NCBI GenBank assembly: GCA_963422645.2
Contig: CAXXVO010000006.1
Coordinates: 32,001-96,000 of the forward strand
Length of the DNA: 64,000 nt
Origin: Alphaproteobacteria bacterium
Lineage (GTDB): Bacteria > Pseudomonadota > Alphaproteobacteria > UBA828
Reading direction: 5' to 3'
The notes beneath the pieces were generated by a model, which made no database searches, had not been told where the DNA came from, and worked only from the letters and a program-made list of their open reading frames with translations. Shown piece after piece: positions 9,080 through 18,334 of this stretch. Position numbers and translations under genes: made by a program. How positions within the stretch are numbered: position 1 is the stretch's first letter; every line of letters starts with the position of its first letter.

Positions 9080-11134
9080 ATGAATGACATGTCGAGTGCG
9101 GCCGTTCGCGTCGCATGTGATGTCGGCGGCACGTTCACCGACGTGTGCGTCCTGGACGAAGCGACCGGCCAGATGCGCGTCGCCAAGACCCCAACAACGC
9201 CCGACCCCATCGACGGCGTGCTGGAGGGCATCAAGGCCGGCGGCGTCGACCTCAAGGACATGGTGCTCTTCGCTCATGGCACCACGCTCGCCACCAACGC
9301 GCTGATCACGCGCAACTTCCCGCCCGCGATCATGGTCACCACCAAGGGCTTCCGCGACGTGATCGAGATCCGCCGCGGCACCCGAGACGACCTCTGGGAC
9401 ACCTACAAGGAGATGGCGCCGCCCTACATCAAGCGCCGCGACCGTCTGGTCGTCACCGAGCGCATCGACTACAGCGGCACGGTCATCGAGCCGGTGAACG
9501 AGGCGGAGGCGCGGGAAGCCGCGCGCATCATCAACAAGCGCGGCGTGAAGACCATCGCGGTCTGCTTCGCCAACGCCTTCGCCAACCCCGAGAACGAGCG
9601 CCACATGCGCGACATCCTCGAGGAGGAGGTTCCCGGTGCGTCGATCTCGCTTTCCAGCGAGATCATGCCGGAGATCTTCGAGCACGAGCGCTTCTCGACG
9701 ACGGTGGCCAACGCGGTGCTCGCCCCCGTCGCGGGCGAATACGTGACGCGCCTCGCTACGCGGCTCCGCGAGGGCGGCTACGACGAGGACATTCTGCTGT
9801 TGCATTCCGGCGGCGGCGTGATGACCGAAAGCACGGCGTCGAAGTTCGCGGCCCGGCTCGCCGCCTCGGGCATCGCGGCGGGCGCGATCGCGAGCCGCTT
9901 CGTCGCCCAGCTTGCGGGCTACGAGAACTCGATCAGCCTCGACATGGGCGGCACCAGCACCGACGTCTCGCTCTGCGACCGGGGCAATCTGCGGGTCACC
10001 ACCGACTGGTACGTGCAGTACGGCTATCCGATCTGCTTCCCCAGCATCGAGGTGCTGACCATCGGCGCCGGCGGCGGCTCACTCGCCTGGATCGACGGAG
10101 CGAACTCGCTCCGCAACGGGCCGCAGTCGGCCGGCTCCATGCCGGGGCCCGCCTGCTACGGACGGGGCGGCGTGGAGCCCACCAATTCCGACGCCAACAT
10201 CGTCCTCGGCCGCATCAGCGACCGGCTTGCCGGCGGCGCCGTCACCCTCGACCGCGCGCTCGCCGAGGAGGCCATCAGGCGACGCGTGGCCGACCCGCTT
10301 GGGCTCACGGTGCAGGAGGCCGCGGTCTCCATCCTCCAGGTGGCGAACGCCAACATGGCGGACGCCGTGCGCCTGGTCTCGATCCGGCGCGGCTACGACC
10401 CGCGCGACTTCGCGCTCACCGTGTTCGGTGGCGCCGGGCCGCTCCATGGCGTGGCGCTGGCCCGCGACCTCTCGATCCCGACCGTGCTAGTGCCGCCGAA
10501 CCCCGGCGTCACCTCGGCGCTCGGCTGCCTGCTGGTGGATATCAAGCACGACATGTCGCAGATGTATCTGCGCTCCACCGATGACGCGAAGATCGAGGAA
10601 ATCGAGCAGACCTTCAGCGCGCTGGAGGACGAAGGCCGCCAGCGGCTTCTGCACGAAGGCGTCACCGAGGACCGGATGCAGTTCCAGCGCGTCGTCGACA
10701 TGCGCTATCTGGGCCAGTGGCGCTCCATGTCGATTGCGCTCGCCGCGGATGCGAACTCGCTCGACGCTGCGATCGCCCAGTTCCACGACGAGCACGGCCG
10801 CGAGCACAACTATTCCAGACCCGACGCGCCGGTCGAAATCTATCGCCTCACCGTCACCGCCACAGGGCTCTCGCAAAAGGCCGAATTCGCCAAGGAGGAG
10901 ATGGACCACTCGGCGCCGACGCCTGAGACCGAGCGGCTCGTGGTTTTCGACGAAGATCCTGAGCCGATCATGACCCCGATCTACAACCGCGACGGTCTGC
11001 ACGCAGGCGCAGTCGTCGAAGGGCCGGCGATCATCGAGCAGCTCGACTCCACGGTGCTGGTGCCGCCGGGTCTCAAGGCCGAGGTCGACCCCTGGCACAC
11101 CATTGTCATGCACATTCCGCAAGACGAGAGCTGA
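9080..11134 (+). CDS. Hydantoinase A/oxoprolinase (ATP-dependent lactamase, ATP-binding subunit)
   Basis: DVGGTFTD, HGTTLATNA, DMGGTSTDV, GAGGGS, GPQSAG..PGPACYG. Confidence 0.92.
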   Translation: MNDMSSAAVRVACDVGGTFTDVCVLDEATGQMRVAKTPTTPDPIDGVLEGIKAGGVDLKDMVLFAHGTTLATNALITRNFPPAIMVTTKGFRDVIEIRRGTRDDLWDTYKEMAPPYIKRRDRLVVTERIDYSGTVIEPVNEAEAREAARIINKRGVKTIAVCFANAFANPENERHMRDILEEEVPGASISLSSEIMPEIFEHERFSTTVANAVLAPVAGEYVTRLATRLREGGYDEDILLLHSGGGVMTESTASKFAARLAASGIAAGAIASRFVAQLAGYENSISLDMGGTSTDVSLCDRGNLRVTTDWYVQYGYPICFPSIEVLTIGAGGGSLAWIDGANSLRNGPQSAGSMPGPACYGRGGVEPTNSDANIVLGRISDRLAGGAVTLDRALAEEAIRRRVADPLGLTVQEAAVSILQVANANMADAVRLVSIRRGYDPRDFALTVFGGAGPLHGVALARDLSIPTVLVPPNPGVTSALGCLLVDIKHDMSQMYLRSTDDAKIEEIEQTFSALEDEGRQRLLHEGVTEDRMQFQRVVDMRYLGQWRSMSIALAADANSLDAAIAQFHDEHGREHNYSRPDAPVEIYRLTVTATGLSQKAEFAKEEMDHSAPTPETERLVVFDEDPEPIMTPIYNRDGLHAGAVVEGPAIIEQLDSTVLVPPGLKAEVDPWHTIVMHIPQDES

Positions 11135-11156
11135 CGCAGAGAGCGAGGAGAAGAAG

Positions 11157-13172
11157 ATGAGCAAGAACAGAGAAGGCTACACGCTCGACCCCGTGACCTT
11201 CGAGGTGCTCAAGAACGCCTACGTCAACATCGTCGACCAGATGGCGGAGCAGATCTTCCGCACCTGCTACTCCTTCGTGATCTGGTCGCGGGACTTCTCG
11301 TCCGCGATCTGCGATACCGAAGGCAACACCGTCATGCAGGGCTCGGGCGATATCGCCGCCCACGTGGGCACGCTGCACTACACGGCACAGGCCGTGATCA
11401 ACAAGTTCGGCGACGACATCCACCCCGGCGATACCTTCGTCGTGAATGATGTCTACCAGGGCGGCACCCACTTCAACGACACGCGCATCGTCCGCCCCAT
11501 CTTCTACAAGGGCATCCACCTCGGCTTCTCCCAGGCCAACGGACACTGGGCTGATGTCGGCGGCGCGGTGCCGGGCTCGTTCAACGTGAGCGCGCTCGAC
11601 CACATGGCCGAGGGGCTCCGCATCACGCCGGTCCGGGTCTACAGCAAGGGCCAGTACCTCTCCGACGTGGCCGAACTGATCGCCAACAACACCCGCGCAC
11701 CCGCCGACATCATCGGCGACCTGCAGGCCCAGGCCGAGGCCTGCAACGTCGCCGAGCGTGAGGTCTGCCGGCTCTGCGACAAGTACGGCGTCGACGTGAT
11801 CCAGACCTCCTTCGCCGAGGTGCAGGACTACGTCGAGACGCTGACCCGCCAGCGCATCGCCAAGCTGCCCGACGGCGTGTGGGAGACCGAGGACTACATC
11901 GACGTGGACCCGGTCGCCGGCGAGGGGCTGATCCCGATCCGCATCAAGATGACCATCGACGGCGACAGCGTGCACTACGATCTCTCCCGCTCGCATCCGA
12001 CGACGATCTCGACCTTCCTCAACTGCTGCTACGGCGGCGCGTTTGCGGCGATCGTCGCCGGCACCAAGATGCAATCGCCCGATATCCCGTTGAACTCGGG
12101 CTTCTACCGGGTGGTCACCGTCGATCTCGGGCCGTTAGGAACTGTGGTCAACGCGGACTGGCCCACGCCGGTCGCGGGCTTCTGCTCGGGCCCGTTCGAG
12201 AAGATCATGAACTCGGTGTTCGAGCTCTGGGCGGAAATCTTGCCCGAGCGCGCCATGGCCTGCACCTTCAACCTCGAGTACCTGCTGATCGGCGGGCGCG
12301 ATGGCCGCAAGGAGGATCGCCCCTACTTCATGTGGTACGACTGGATGGTGGGCGGCTGGGGCGCGCGCAACGGCCGCGACGGCTGGGGGGCGACCGGGCC
12401 GGTCTTCGGAGTCCAGCTCGGCACGCAGCCCTTCGAGGGGCAGGAGCGGCTCGCCCCGGTGCTGACCACCGGCCACGAGCTCATCGTCGATTCCGGCGGA
12501 CCCGGCAACTCGCGGGGCGGCCTCGGCGTCGAGAAGGGCGCGATCCTGACCAAGGCGGAGCGCTCGGTCGTCTCCTACTGCTGCGACCGCGAGCGCTCGG
12601 TGACCTGGGGCCTCTGGGGCGGGCTGCCGTCGATCCCGCACGGCGTCTGGGTCAATCCCGGCACCCAGGGCGAGCGCTACCTGGGCTCGATCTTCTCGGG
12701 TGTGCCGCTAGAAGCCGGCGACACCGTGACGCGGCCGTCCGCCGGTGGCGGCGGTCTCGGCGATCCCCTTACTCGCGACCTCGAAACGGTGTGCGAGGAC
12801 GTGGCCGACGGCTACGTCTCCATCGAGCGGGCCAAGAAGGACTATGGCGTCGTGATCTGTGAAATCGATGCCGATCTCGCGGAATACGAGGTCGACGAAG
12901 CGGCGACCGAGGCCGTGCGCGAGCGTATCCGTGCGCAGCGCCACGGTTTGCTCGACGTGGATGCCGAAGACATCGCGGCCAAGTACCGCAGCAAGGAACT
13001 CGACGCACTCGACCTGGTCCGCCAGTACGGCGTGATCGTGGACTGGGGCACCGGCGAGCTCCTGCCCAACACCACCCGCCAGTTCCGCGACATGTTGAGG
13101 CGCCGGACTGCGGCCCATTGGGAGGTGCCGGGCCAGGCGCGCAACGAGCAGCCGACGCTCCGCGTCGCCTAG
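11157..13172 (+). CDS. Hydantoinase B/oxoprolinase subunit
   Basis: LDPVTFEV, DFSSAI, NDVYQGGTHFND, GHWADVGG, GGGGLGDP; GAGGAG RBS upstream. Confidence 0.92.
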   Translation: MSKNREGYTLDPVTFEVLKNAYVNIVDQMAEQIFRTCYSFVIWSRDFSSAICDTEGNTVMQGSGDIAAHVGTLHYTAQAVINKFGDDIHPGDTFVVNDVYQGGTHFNDTRIVRPIFYKGIHLGFSQANGHWADVGGAVPGSFNVSALDHMAEGLRITPVRVYSKGQYLSDVAELIANNTRAPADIIGDLQAQAEACNVAEREVCRLCDKYGVDVIQTSFAEVQDYVETLTRQRIAKLPDGVWETEDYIDVDPVAGEGLIPIRIKMTIDGDSVHYDLSRSHPTTISTFLNCCYGGAFAAIVAGTKMQSPDIPLNSGFYRVVTVDLGPLGTVVNADWPTPVAGFCSGPFEKIMNSVFELWAEILPERAMACTFNLEYLLIGGRDGRKEDRPYFMWYDWMVGGWGARNGRDGWGATGPVFGVQLGTQPFEGQERLAPVLTTGHELIVDSGGPGNSRGGLGVEKGAILTKAERSVVSYCCDRERSVTWGLWGGLPSIPHGVWVNPGTQGERYLGSIFSGVPLEAGDTVTRPSAGGGGLGDPLTRDLETVCEDVADGYVSIERAKKDYGVVICEIDADLAEYEVDEAATEAVRERIRAQRHGLLDVDAEDIAAKYRSKELDALDLVRQYGVIVDWGTGELLPNTTRQFRDMLRRRTAAHWEVPGQARNEQPTLRVA

Positions 13173-13189
13173 ATACCGCCCGTCGTCCC

Positions 13190-13879
13190 GTGAGCGTCGT
13201 CCTGGTCACGGGCGCCGATCGCGGCATCGGCAACGCGCTCTGCTGCGCCTGTCACGCGCGCGGCGACGACGTAATCGCGGCCTGCCTGGGTGACTCAGAC
13301 GAGCTGCGGGCTCTGGGGATCCGGGTGGAGCCCGGCGTAGACGTGACCTCCGACGAGGCGGTGCGGGGCTTCGCCGGCAGGCTCGCGGCCACCGGCACGG
13401 TCCTCGATCTCTTGATCAACAATGCCGGGATTGCGGAGCGGGACTCGCTCGGCGCGCTCGACTACGACGCCATCCGGCGGCAGCTCGAGGTCAACACGCT
13501 GGGGCCTCTTCGCGTGACCGAGGCGTTGCTGGGCCGCCTCACGCCGGGGTCAAAGGTCGCCTTCATCACCAGCCGGATCGGCTCGCTCGGCGACAACCAA
13601 TCGGGCGGGCTCTACGGCTACCGCATCTCCAAGTGCGCCGCCAACATGGTGGCGGTCAACCTCGCCCACGATCTAGCGAAGCGGGGCATCGCCGCCGTGG
13701 TCCTGCACCCCGGCATGGTGGCGACCGCCATGACCTTCGACGACGAGCGCCATGAGGCCCGTCCTCCCGAGGATGCCGCCGCCGCCCTGATCGAGCGGAT
13801 CGATCAGGTGGAGCGGGTGGAGCCCGGCACACCGCCCGCCTTCTGGCACGCGCCCGAGCGCACCATCATCCCGTGGTGA
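13190..13879 (+). CDS. Short-chain dehydrogenase/reductase (CsgA-like)
   Basis: TGADRGIG, NNAG, YRISK catalytic motif, HPGMVAT. Confidence 0.88.
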   Translation: MSVVLVTGADRGIGNALCCACHARGDDVIAACLGDSDELRALGIRVEPGVDVTSDEAVRGFAGRLAATGTVLDLLINNAGIAERDSLGALDYDAIRRQLEVNTLGPLRVTEALLGRLTPGSKVAFITSRIGSLGDNQSGGLYGYRISKCAANMVAVNLAHDLAKRGIAAVVLHPGMVATAMTFDDERHEARPPEDAAAALIERIDQVERVEPGTPPAFWHAPERTIIPW

Positions 13880-13920
13880 GGACGCCGAACGGAGTGCGCG
13901 CCGCAGTATCGGGGACGAGC

Positions 13921-14030
13921 CCCCACCTCATCCCGGCCCTCTCCGACCCCGAGGGCGGAGAGGGAGAGCAGGCTGGTCGAATTGCGTTCCCCCTCCGCCC
14001 TTCGGGGGGAGGGGGACAGGGGGAGGTGGG
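13921..14030. repeat. Inverted pair of REP-like GC hairpins between convergent genes
   Basis: CCCTCTCCG...CGGAGAGGG and CCCTCC...GGAGGG hairpins; outer ends CCCACCTC / GAGGTGGG are mutually inverted. Confidence 0.6.
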
Positions 14031-14069
14031 ATTCGGAGTGTGCGTGCCCCACTCTTCGGCGCGCGCTAC

Positions 14070-15059
14070 TCAGACATCCAGGCCGAGGCTCCGATGGAAG
14101 GCCTCGACGGCGGCGAGGGCAGCGTCGGCCGCGTCGTCCTGCTCCGGCAGGGCGCCGCAGTAGGCGGAGACTGCCTCGCGCGCGATCGGCATCCACTTCT
14201 CGATCCAGCCGCTGAGAACGGAAGCGTTCGCTTCGTTTTCCAGCGAGAACGCGACGAGGGCCGCGCTCCAGCGCCGCGAGCGCTCGCTGTCCCGCATCTG
14301 GTTGTCGGCCAGCAGCCCGAGCAGCCCGTCGTCGAAGCGGCGCCCGATGCGGCCGAGCTGCCGGTGCGCTTCGTCCGCAGCCGGCTTCGCCACCAGATTG
14401 AGCGCCACGAAGTGCTCGCCCCAGTCGTAGGTGGCGAGGGTCTTCTCCAGCAGCGCGCGAAAGCCCTGCCAGGCGGGCTCCTCCTCCCAGGTCCGGCGCT
14501 CGGTCGTCCCGAACCCGCGCGAAGGATGCGCCCGCTGAAGCTCGCGCGCGCGGTAGGCGCAGCGCGAGAGCCAGCGGAACTCGTCGCCGTCCTGAAAGCC
14601 GGCGCAGGCCGTGATCGTGCTCGCCGGCGCGATCTGCACCAGATAGGCCGCGCCCATCTGCAGCGCCATCTGCAGGAAGCGCCGGGGCGTGTAGAGCCGC
14701 TCCAGCACGTCGAGCCACGCGTCTGACAGCGTCGCGTCGTGGCCGATGTCGTTGTGCTCGTCGAGCAGGCCGTCGACGTACTGCTCCTGCTGGTCCTGAA
14801 TCCGCGTATAGACTCGGTAGATCATCTCATCCGGATCGCGGAAGCCTTCCCAGTCCGGATGCTGCAGCGGGCTCTCCGAGACGTTGCGCTTGTAGAACTC
14901 GTTCATCCCCAACAGCGGCGCCGGCGAAAGCTCGTAGGCCTGGTCCGGGTGCCGCGTGCGGGTCTGCAGGTTGGTGGTGACGACTTCGTACTCGCTCGGC
15001 CGCCGCCTCTTCTTGGCGAGGCCGCTCCACGTCTTCATGCCTTTGACTTCGACCGTCAC
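14070..15059 (-). CDS. Soluble di-iron monooxygenase beta subunit (TmoE-like)
   Basis: KTWSGL..RRRPSEYEVVT, DWEGFRDPD, TYDWGEHFVALNLVAKPA. Confidence 0.92.
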   Translation of the reverse strand: MTVEVKGMKTWSGLAKKRRRPSEYEVVTTNLQTRTRHPDQAYELSPAPLLGMNEFYKRNVSESPLQHPDWEGFRDPDEMIYRVYTRIQDQQEQYVDGLLDEHNDIGHDATLSDAWLDVLERLYTPRRFLQMALQMGAAYLVQIAPASTITACAGFQDGDEFRWLSRCAYRARELQRAHPSRGFGTTERRTWEEEPAWQGFRALLEKTLATYDWGEHFVALNLVAKPAADEAHRQLGRIGRRFDDGLLGLLADNQMRDSERSRRWSAALVAFSLENEANASVLSGWIEKWMPIAREAVSAYCGALPEQDDAADAALAAVEAFHRSLGLDV

Positions 15060-15070
15060 GGTACTGCCCC

Positions 15071-15364
15071 CTAGCGTGCGACGAACCGGATGCCGTCCGG
15101 CTCGGTGCGAATGAACCCTGCGAAGCTCGGCATGTTCGACTCGATGTCGCCGAGGGTGACGGTGCGGCCGAGCACGTCGCCCACCGTCTCGAAGCGCACG
15201 AAGCACTCGTCCGCGACCTTGATCCTGATGTAGGACGCGTGGGTCTCGGTGATGACCTCGCATCCCTCGTTGTCCTCCTGGATCGCTTCGACCACCGCGT
15301 CCGCGATATCGCCCGCGCGCATCACGGGACCCACGAGATTGCCGGCGTCGTCTGCCGTCGTCAT
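15071..15364 (-). CDS. Monooxygenase coupling/effector protein (TmoD/MmoB/DmpM family)
   Basis: NLVGPVMRAGDIADAVVEAIQEDN...SFAGFI; AAGGAG RBS upstream. Confidence 0.92.
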   Translation of the reverse strand: MTTADDAGNLVGPVMRAGDIADAVVEAIQEDNEGCEVITETHASYIRIKVADECFVRFETVGDVLGRTVTLGDIESNMPSFAGFIRTEPDGIRFVAR

Positions 15365-15390
15365 GCTCGACTTCTCCTTCGGAAACGCGT

Positions 15391-15651
15391 TCAGCCGGCG
15401 CGGTAGATTTCCACGGACTCCATCTCGACGAAGCCGGCATCGGCGATGGTGAGATGGTCGGGTAGCGGGTCTTCGCTGCCCTGCACCCTCACCTTGAGAA
15501 CTGCATCGGGCGGGAAGGGCGCCACCAGGACGCCCGCGACCTGGTCCGCGACCTTCCCGGCCAGCACCGCCATGGTGTCGCCGGTGTCGAAGACCTGCAC
15601 CTTGTAGCCGTAGTCGCCTTCGAGCAGGACGGCGAGCGGGATATCGGCCAT
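15391..15651 (-). CDS. Monooxygenase gamma subunit (TmoB-like)
   Basis: IPL...EGDY...DTM...VAG...TIADAG pattern, 86 aa, directly after alpha. Confidence 0.85.
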   Translation of the reverse strand: MADIPLAVLLEGDYGYKVQVFDTGDTMAVLAGKVADQVAGVLVAPFPPDAVLKVRVQGSEDPLPDHLTIADAGFVEMESVEIYRAG

Positions 15652-15660
15652 TGCGCCCCC

Positions 15661-17181
15661 CTACTCGGCCGCCGCCGCGCGCGGCACGTCGTAGCCGTCG
15701 ATCCACTGATAGTCGTAGCCGCAGACGCCGCGCTCCTCGAAGCTCTGGCCCATGTACTCGTAGAACCCATCGGGGCCCGGCGGCACGGTGCCGTCCAGCA
15801 ACCGGTCGATGATGCTGCGATGCCCCTGGTAGCGGGCGGGCTCCAGCTCGAAGACCCACTTGCAGGGCTCGCAGCAGAAGTGATAGCGCCGGCCTTCGTG
15901 GTCGAGGTGGAAGTCCGTGGCGTTCCATGTGCGCCCGTTCACCTGCCGGCCGACGCCCGCGATCCCGGTCACCTCCAGTCCGCACATGTTGCAGATCAGC
16001 GGCGGAACCACCGGCACCGTCTTCTCGAAGCGGCCCTCGCGGATATTGTCGATCACCATGTCCCAGCACTTGCCGTAGGTGTCGTTCCAGCCCGGATACT
16101 TCTCCTCCAGCCAGTCGCGTTCGGCCGGCGAGACGCAGGCGATGGGCCGCCACCACTGGGTCGCGCGGTAGACGTAGATACCGATCTGCTGACAATGGTG
16201 GAAGGTCTCGATATCGTGCAGGAAGTAGTCCCAGTACCAGGGCAGGTCGAGGCCCAAGGCCTTGATGTTGCGGCCGAACTGATCGACCACCCATTCGTGC
16301 ATGAACTCCTTGAGCGAATGCTCGCGAAACTCCAGCGGCGTGTAGTAGTCCATGGAGATGCCGCTCAGCGCGGAGAACTGCTTCCATATGCGCCAGAAGC
16401 CGATGTCGATCAGCTGCTGCGCCTCCGCCTTGCGCCCGTTCTCGATCATGATGCTGATGAGCGGCGTGCCGATCTGTGCGTGCCGCGCCTCGTCGGTCTG
16501 GATGCTTTGCAGCATGGTGGCGAAGGTGTGATCGCCGGCCTTCGCCGCGTCCGCAGAGAGGCCGATGAATTGCAGATTGGTAAAGCCCTGCTCAAAGGCG
16601 AAGTTGGTCATAATCGCGGCGCTGATCGCATCGCGGGTGTGCTCGACGTCGTCCAGCGCGTGGCGCAGGCTGATGATGATCCAGTTCTCGGTCTTGGACG
16701 ACTTATGCGCCCAGTCGAAGACGCGGTCCTGCTTGATGAACTCGTAGGCGAAATACATCTGGATCTGGCCGTGACGCATTTCGTCCAGGGTGCCGAAGGT
16801 CGCCATGTTGCGCATCCCCGGCGCGCGTGAGAACCGGGTCATGCGGGCGAAGGCCGACGCCGAGTGGAACTCGGCGAAGCCGATCGGGCTGAAGTGCAGC
16901 GCGAGCAGGGCCTTCCAGTGCGGCGTGGTGTTCTTGAAGTAGTCCGCCCGTGCCAGCGCCGACTTCACCGAATAGGCGCCGATGTCCTTATCGCGCTGGG
17001 TCTCGACATAGTCCCGGTAGCAGACCTTGTAGGGCTCGTCGAAGGTCTCCCACTGCTCGACCGGAATCCCGAAGGGATCGCTGAGTTCGGGCGGGAAAAT
17101 CTCCTCCTCGGCGACGTAGCCGGGAGTCCAGTTGGTATCCCGCGTGAGGTCGTACCATTCGTGCATCTCGAGCAGCGCCAT
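15661..17181 (-). CDS. Soluble di-iron monooxygenase alpha subunit (TmoA-like, group 1) with YHS domain
   Basis: WYDLTRDTNWTP, DEMRH and DEARH iron motifs, FEQGFTNLQF, ERDWLEEKYPGWN. Confidence 0.95.
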   Translation of the reverse strand: MALLEMHEWYDLTRDTNWTPGYVAEEEIFPPELSDPFGIPVEQWETFDEPYKVCYRDYVETQRDKDIGAYSVKSALARADYFKNTTPHWKALLALHFSPIGFAEFHSASAFARMTRFSRAPGMRNMATFGTLDEMRHGQIQMYFAYEFIKQDRVFDWAHKSSKTENWIIISLRHALDDVEHTRDAISAAIMTNFAFEQGFTNLQFIGLSADAAKAGDHTFATMLQSIQTDEARHAQIGTPLISIMIENGRKAEAQQLIDIGFWRIWKQFSALSGISMDYYTPLEFREHSLKEFMHEWVVDQFGRNIKALGLDLPWYWDYFLHDIETFHHCQQIGIYVYRATQWWRPIACVSPAERDWLEEKYPGWNDTYGKCWDMVIDNIREGRFEKTVPVVPPLICNMCGLEVTGIAGVGRQVNGRTWNATDFHLDHEGRRYHFCCEPCKWVFELEPARYQGHRSIIDRLLDGTVPPGPDGFYEYMGQSFEERGVCGYDYQWIDGYDVPRAAAAE

Positions 17182-17250
17182 TCGATCGTCTCCCTGGTCG
17201 GTACCGGGCGATGCGGGCAGCGCCCCGGTGGCGCCGCCCGCACTCCAACC

Positions 17251-18291
17251 TTACCCGCCGAGCGCGTCCTTGAGGATCGAGCAGTCGATCCCCTCTGCCG
17301 ACTCAACCGTCTGGGTCATCAGGCCGAAGGTCAACCACCACTTGTTGGTGAGCTCCCAGTGGTCGGTGAGCTGGCCATTGCGCTGGCCGAAGGGCGGCTC
17401 GCCCTCGGCAACGCCGCAGAACTGCGCCGATTCCTCCAGACTGTACATATAAAGCGTGCCGTCGTCGGGGTTGTTCACACCGCCGAGGATGGGCTCCACG
17501 TCGGGCACGCCCCACTGTAGCACCTCGGCGATCATCGCGTTGCCCTCCGTCGGATTCTCGCGCCACCACTCGACCGCGTCGTAGCGGGCCTTGGTCACCG
17601 CCACCAGCAGGTCGCGATGCTCCGCGATGAACGCATCGGAGACGAATATGGCGTCGGCGATCAGGCCCTCCTTGAGCCAGTATTCCTCGCCGGAATGGCT
17701 CATCTGGCGCGAGCCGGCGAGCTCGGCCAACACCTGCGGGCCGTAGGGGTCCCACAGCTCGGCGGCGGAGAGCTGGCCCGAAATCATCGCGGCGGCCGCG
17801 GCATCCGGGAAGAGGTTCACCATCTCCACCTCGTCCCACTTGATGCCCTGCTGCTCGAGCCAGATCGCCATGTAAATCTGCGACAGCCCGCCTTCGATGA
17901 CGCCGACCTTCTTGCCCTTGAGGTCCTCGGGCGAGGCGATCTCCGGACCCACGATGATGCGGTCCGAGCCGTTGCCGAGATTTGTGAGGCCGAGCAGCTT
18001 CACCGGCATGTCTTCGGCGAGCGCAATGGGGCCGAACTCGATGGTGCTGGTCACGATGTCGATCTGGCCGCTCGCGAGGAGGCCCATGCTCTGCACCGGA
18101 TCCTCGATGATCGATATCTCGAGGTCGACATTCTCCGGCAGCATGCCTTTCGCCTGGGCGATGTGGAGGAAGCCGTACCCCGGCCAGCTGAAGTGCGCGA
18201 CCCTGACGGTGTCCTTTGCGCTCGCGGCACCGGCGATGCCGAGCGCGAGCGCGCAGGCAGCCAGTGTCATGATGGATGTTCGCAACAGCAT
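17251..18291 (-). CDS. ABC transporter substrate-binding protein, NitT/TauT (NMT1-like)
   Basis: Signal peptide, WPGYG, DLKGKKVG, WDPY. Confidence 0.88.
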   Translation of the reverse strand: MLLRTSIMTLAACALALGIAGAASAKDTVRVAHFSWPGYGFLHIAQAKGMLPENVDLEISIIEDPVQSMGLLASGQIDIVTSTIEFGPIALAEDMPVKLLGLTNLGNGSDRIIVGPEIASPEDLKGKKVGVIEGGLSQIYMAIWLEQQGIKWDEVEMVNLFPDAAAAAMISGQLSAAELWDPYGPQVLAELAGSRQMSHSGEEYWLKEGLIADAIFVSDAFIAEHRDLLVAVTKARYDAVEWWRENPTEGNAMIAEVLQWGVPDVEPILGGVNNPDDGTLYMYSLEESAQFCGVAEGEPPFGQRNGQLTDHWELTNKWWLTFGLMTQTVESAEGIDCSILKDALGG

Positions 18292-18334
18292 GTTGGTTTC
18301 TCCCTTTCCGTGTGTTTGACCGTGGAGGCGGGCC

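Noticed and set aside
14070-17181. Soluble methane monooxygenase or phenol hydroxylase
   Set aside because: Sequence and gene order are TmoA/B/D/E-like, not mmoXYBZDC or dmpKLMNOP.
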